A DNA stretch of 64,000 bases. Source: a virus. Its lineage: Duplodnaviria; Caudoviricetes. Location of the stretch: IMG/VR virus record IMGVR_UViG_3300029288_000111, positions 37,093 to 101,092 of that record; one strand, given 5' to 3'. This document shows, piece after piece, positions 61,961 through 64,000 of this stretch (positions are counted from its first letter, which is position 1; the number at the start of each line of letters is the position of its first letter). Made by a program: the position numbers and the translations under genes. The notes under the pieces were generated by a model that did not search any database, was not told where the DNA came from, and was given only the letters and a program-made list of their open reading frames with translations.

Positions 61961-64000
61961 TCAGGACGCGCTCCAGTCCACGTCCAGCGAGGCTCCCGTG
62001 CCCGCGATCCGCTCCACCAGCAGCGCCATCTCCGCCGACCCCCGGCACTCGCACCGCAACCGACGCTTCAACGCCCCGTACTCCCCCGAGAGACCGCCGA
62101 ACGAGGGGATGATCGGGCTGTCGGCATACCAGCCACTGTTCCGGGAGTTCTTGTACCAGGGAGTCACCCACAACAGGGGCGCCACGGCGTCCCCCGTTCT
62201 CGAGAAGAGCAGGTCGAACTCCACGTACTGGTAGCCGTCCGTCTCGATGGTCGTCGCCGGAATCACGTAAGCCGTGTTCGCCACCGGTGCCACCTGCCCG
62301 GTACCCGCTACCTCCACGTCCACGGCCCCCGGAACCGACCCCACTTCGCTCACCGTCACGGCGAGCGTCTTCGGGCTGCTCCCCATGCCGGCCGCCGTCA
62401 CCACCACCTGCACGTTGCCGCTCAGGGTCACATCCCCGACGACCGTCGCCGTCTCCACCTGGAGCACCGGCGCCACGCCGGGCGTCGTATCGGCCGAGGC
62501 GGCCACCGCCACCACGCCACACGCCGCCGCGTTGTCCGAGGCGATGTTCATCGTCGGGTCATCGGCCGCCGCTGTCAGGGCGGTCAGCACGATATCCGCA
62601 CCCGCGCCCCCGACCGTGAAGAAGGCGACCACGTCCGCATCGAGGGCCAACGCCGCCCGGGCCTTCAAGGCGATGTCCTCCTCGTCATCCCCGAGCGCCA
62701 CGGCGAACCGGACGGTCTTCGGACTTCCCCCCATGCCGGCCGCCGTCACCACCACATCGGCATCCCCTGCCACCGTGATCAGCGACGCCGCGTTGATCGT
62801 CGCCGTCTCTACCTGCGCCACGGGGGCGACGCCGGGCGTCGTGTCGGCCGAGGCGGCCACCGCCACCACGCCACACGCAGGAGCCATCCGCCTGCGCGAT
62901 GTTCATCGTGCCATCGTCGGCCGCTGCCGCCAGGGCCGTCAAGACCACATCCGAACCGGCTCCCCCCACGGTGAAGAAGGCGCTCACGTCCGGGTCGAGA
63001 GCCAGCGCCACCTGCGCCTTCGAAGCGATTTCGGCCGGGTCGTCGCCAACCAAAACCGGCACGTTCACTCCCTTGGGGCTATGGGCCATTCCGGCGGCTG
63101 TTACCGTGAAGAGAGCATTCCCCGCGCTGGTGATCGCCGATCCGGCATCCACCGTCGCCGTCTCCACCTGGAGCACCGGCGCCACGCCGGGCGTGGTATC
63201 GGCACTCGCCACTTCGGCGGTGATGCCAGTGGACGCCCCGTCCTGCTGCTCCATGTTCATCGTGGCATCATCGGCCGCCGCTGTCAGGGCGCTCAGAACG
63301 ATGTCCGCAACCGCTCCCCCGACCGTGAAGAAGCCGGTCACATCGGCATCGAGGGCCAACGCCGCGCGGATCTTGCCCGCCACCGCCTCGTCATCATCTG
63401 CCGCGGCGACCGCTACCAGGATCGACTTGGGCGATGCCCCCATGCCGGCCGCCGTCACGATCACCCGGATGTGTCCATCCGAGGTGACAGCCGTGGCCCC
63501 GTCCGTGGTGGCCGTCTCCACCTGGAGCACCGGCGCCACGCCGGGCGTGGTATCGGCACTCGCCACTTCGGCGGTGATGCCAGTGGACGCCCCGTCCTGC
63601 TGCTCCATGTTCATCGTGGCATCATCGGCCGCCGCGGTGATCGCTGTCAGCACGATGTCCGCACCGGCCCCGCCCACCGTGAAGAAGCCGGTCACATCGG
63701 CATCGAGGGCCAGCGCCGCGCGGATCTTGCCCGCCACCGCCTCGTCATCATCTGCCGCGGCGACCGCTACCAGGATCGACTTGGGCGATGCCCCCATGCC
63801 GGCCGCCGTCACGATCACCCGGATGTGTCCATCCAAGGTGACAGCCGTGGCCCCGTCCGTGGTGGCTGTCTCTACCTGGAGCACCGGCGCCACGCCGGGC
63901 GTGGTATCGGCACTCGCCACTTCGGCGGTGATGCCAGTGGACGCCCCGTCCTGCTGCTCCATGTTCATCGTGGCATCATCGGCCGCCGCGGTGATCGCTG
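61961..64000 (-). CDS. large virion protein with 118-aa tandem repeats, 1-nt frameshift near 62880, runs off window edge
   Basis: ORFs 61961..62887 and 62685..>63968 encode the same QVETAT..VTAAGM..SPK..FFTVGG repeat. Confidence 0.75.
62478..64000. repeat. 354-bp tandem repeat, more than 4 units
   Basis: Anchor CCGGGCGT at 62478, 62832, 63187, 63541, 63895 (spacings 354, 355, 354, 354). Confidence 0.9.

Noticed and set aside
1-64000. tRNA/rRNA genes, integrase, terminase, portal, tail sheath
   Set aside because: None recognised in this window, so lifestyle and tail type remain uncertain

Overview
High-GC (~70% by eye) tailed-phage or prophage segment. The minus strand carries a late operon running right to left: repeat-rich virion proteins, a 2577-aa polyvalent protein (ART-like + SF2 helicase, intein-interrupted), a cluster of leader-bearing internal-protein candidates including a RelA/SpoT-like enzyme, prohead protease, scaffold, major capsid, neck, tail tube, chaperone with a probable +1 frameshift, tape measure, tail/fibre genes, holin-like genes and an amidase. 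Short accessory cassettes are interspersed. Standout observations: (1) a phage ECF sigma gene plus 13 copies of an exactly spaced GGAAC-N16-CGTTA promoter motif, one in front of the sigma gene itself. The sigma shares an N-terminal MS(R/K/L)L(A/G)KxIA-type leader with four other proteins (a fifth carries it C-terminally), suggesting capsid packaging and injection. (2) A 6-repeat CRISPR array, omegaRNA and IscB collinear downstream of one of these promoters. (3) A 428-aa intein whose middle is the antisense strand of a complete HNH endonuclease gene with its own promoter and RBS. Also present: a dual-frame C5 methyltransferase, an internally deleted tnpB element, and several single frameshifts. 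All family calls come from motif recognition by eye; no database search was run and the host is not identifiable.
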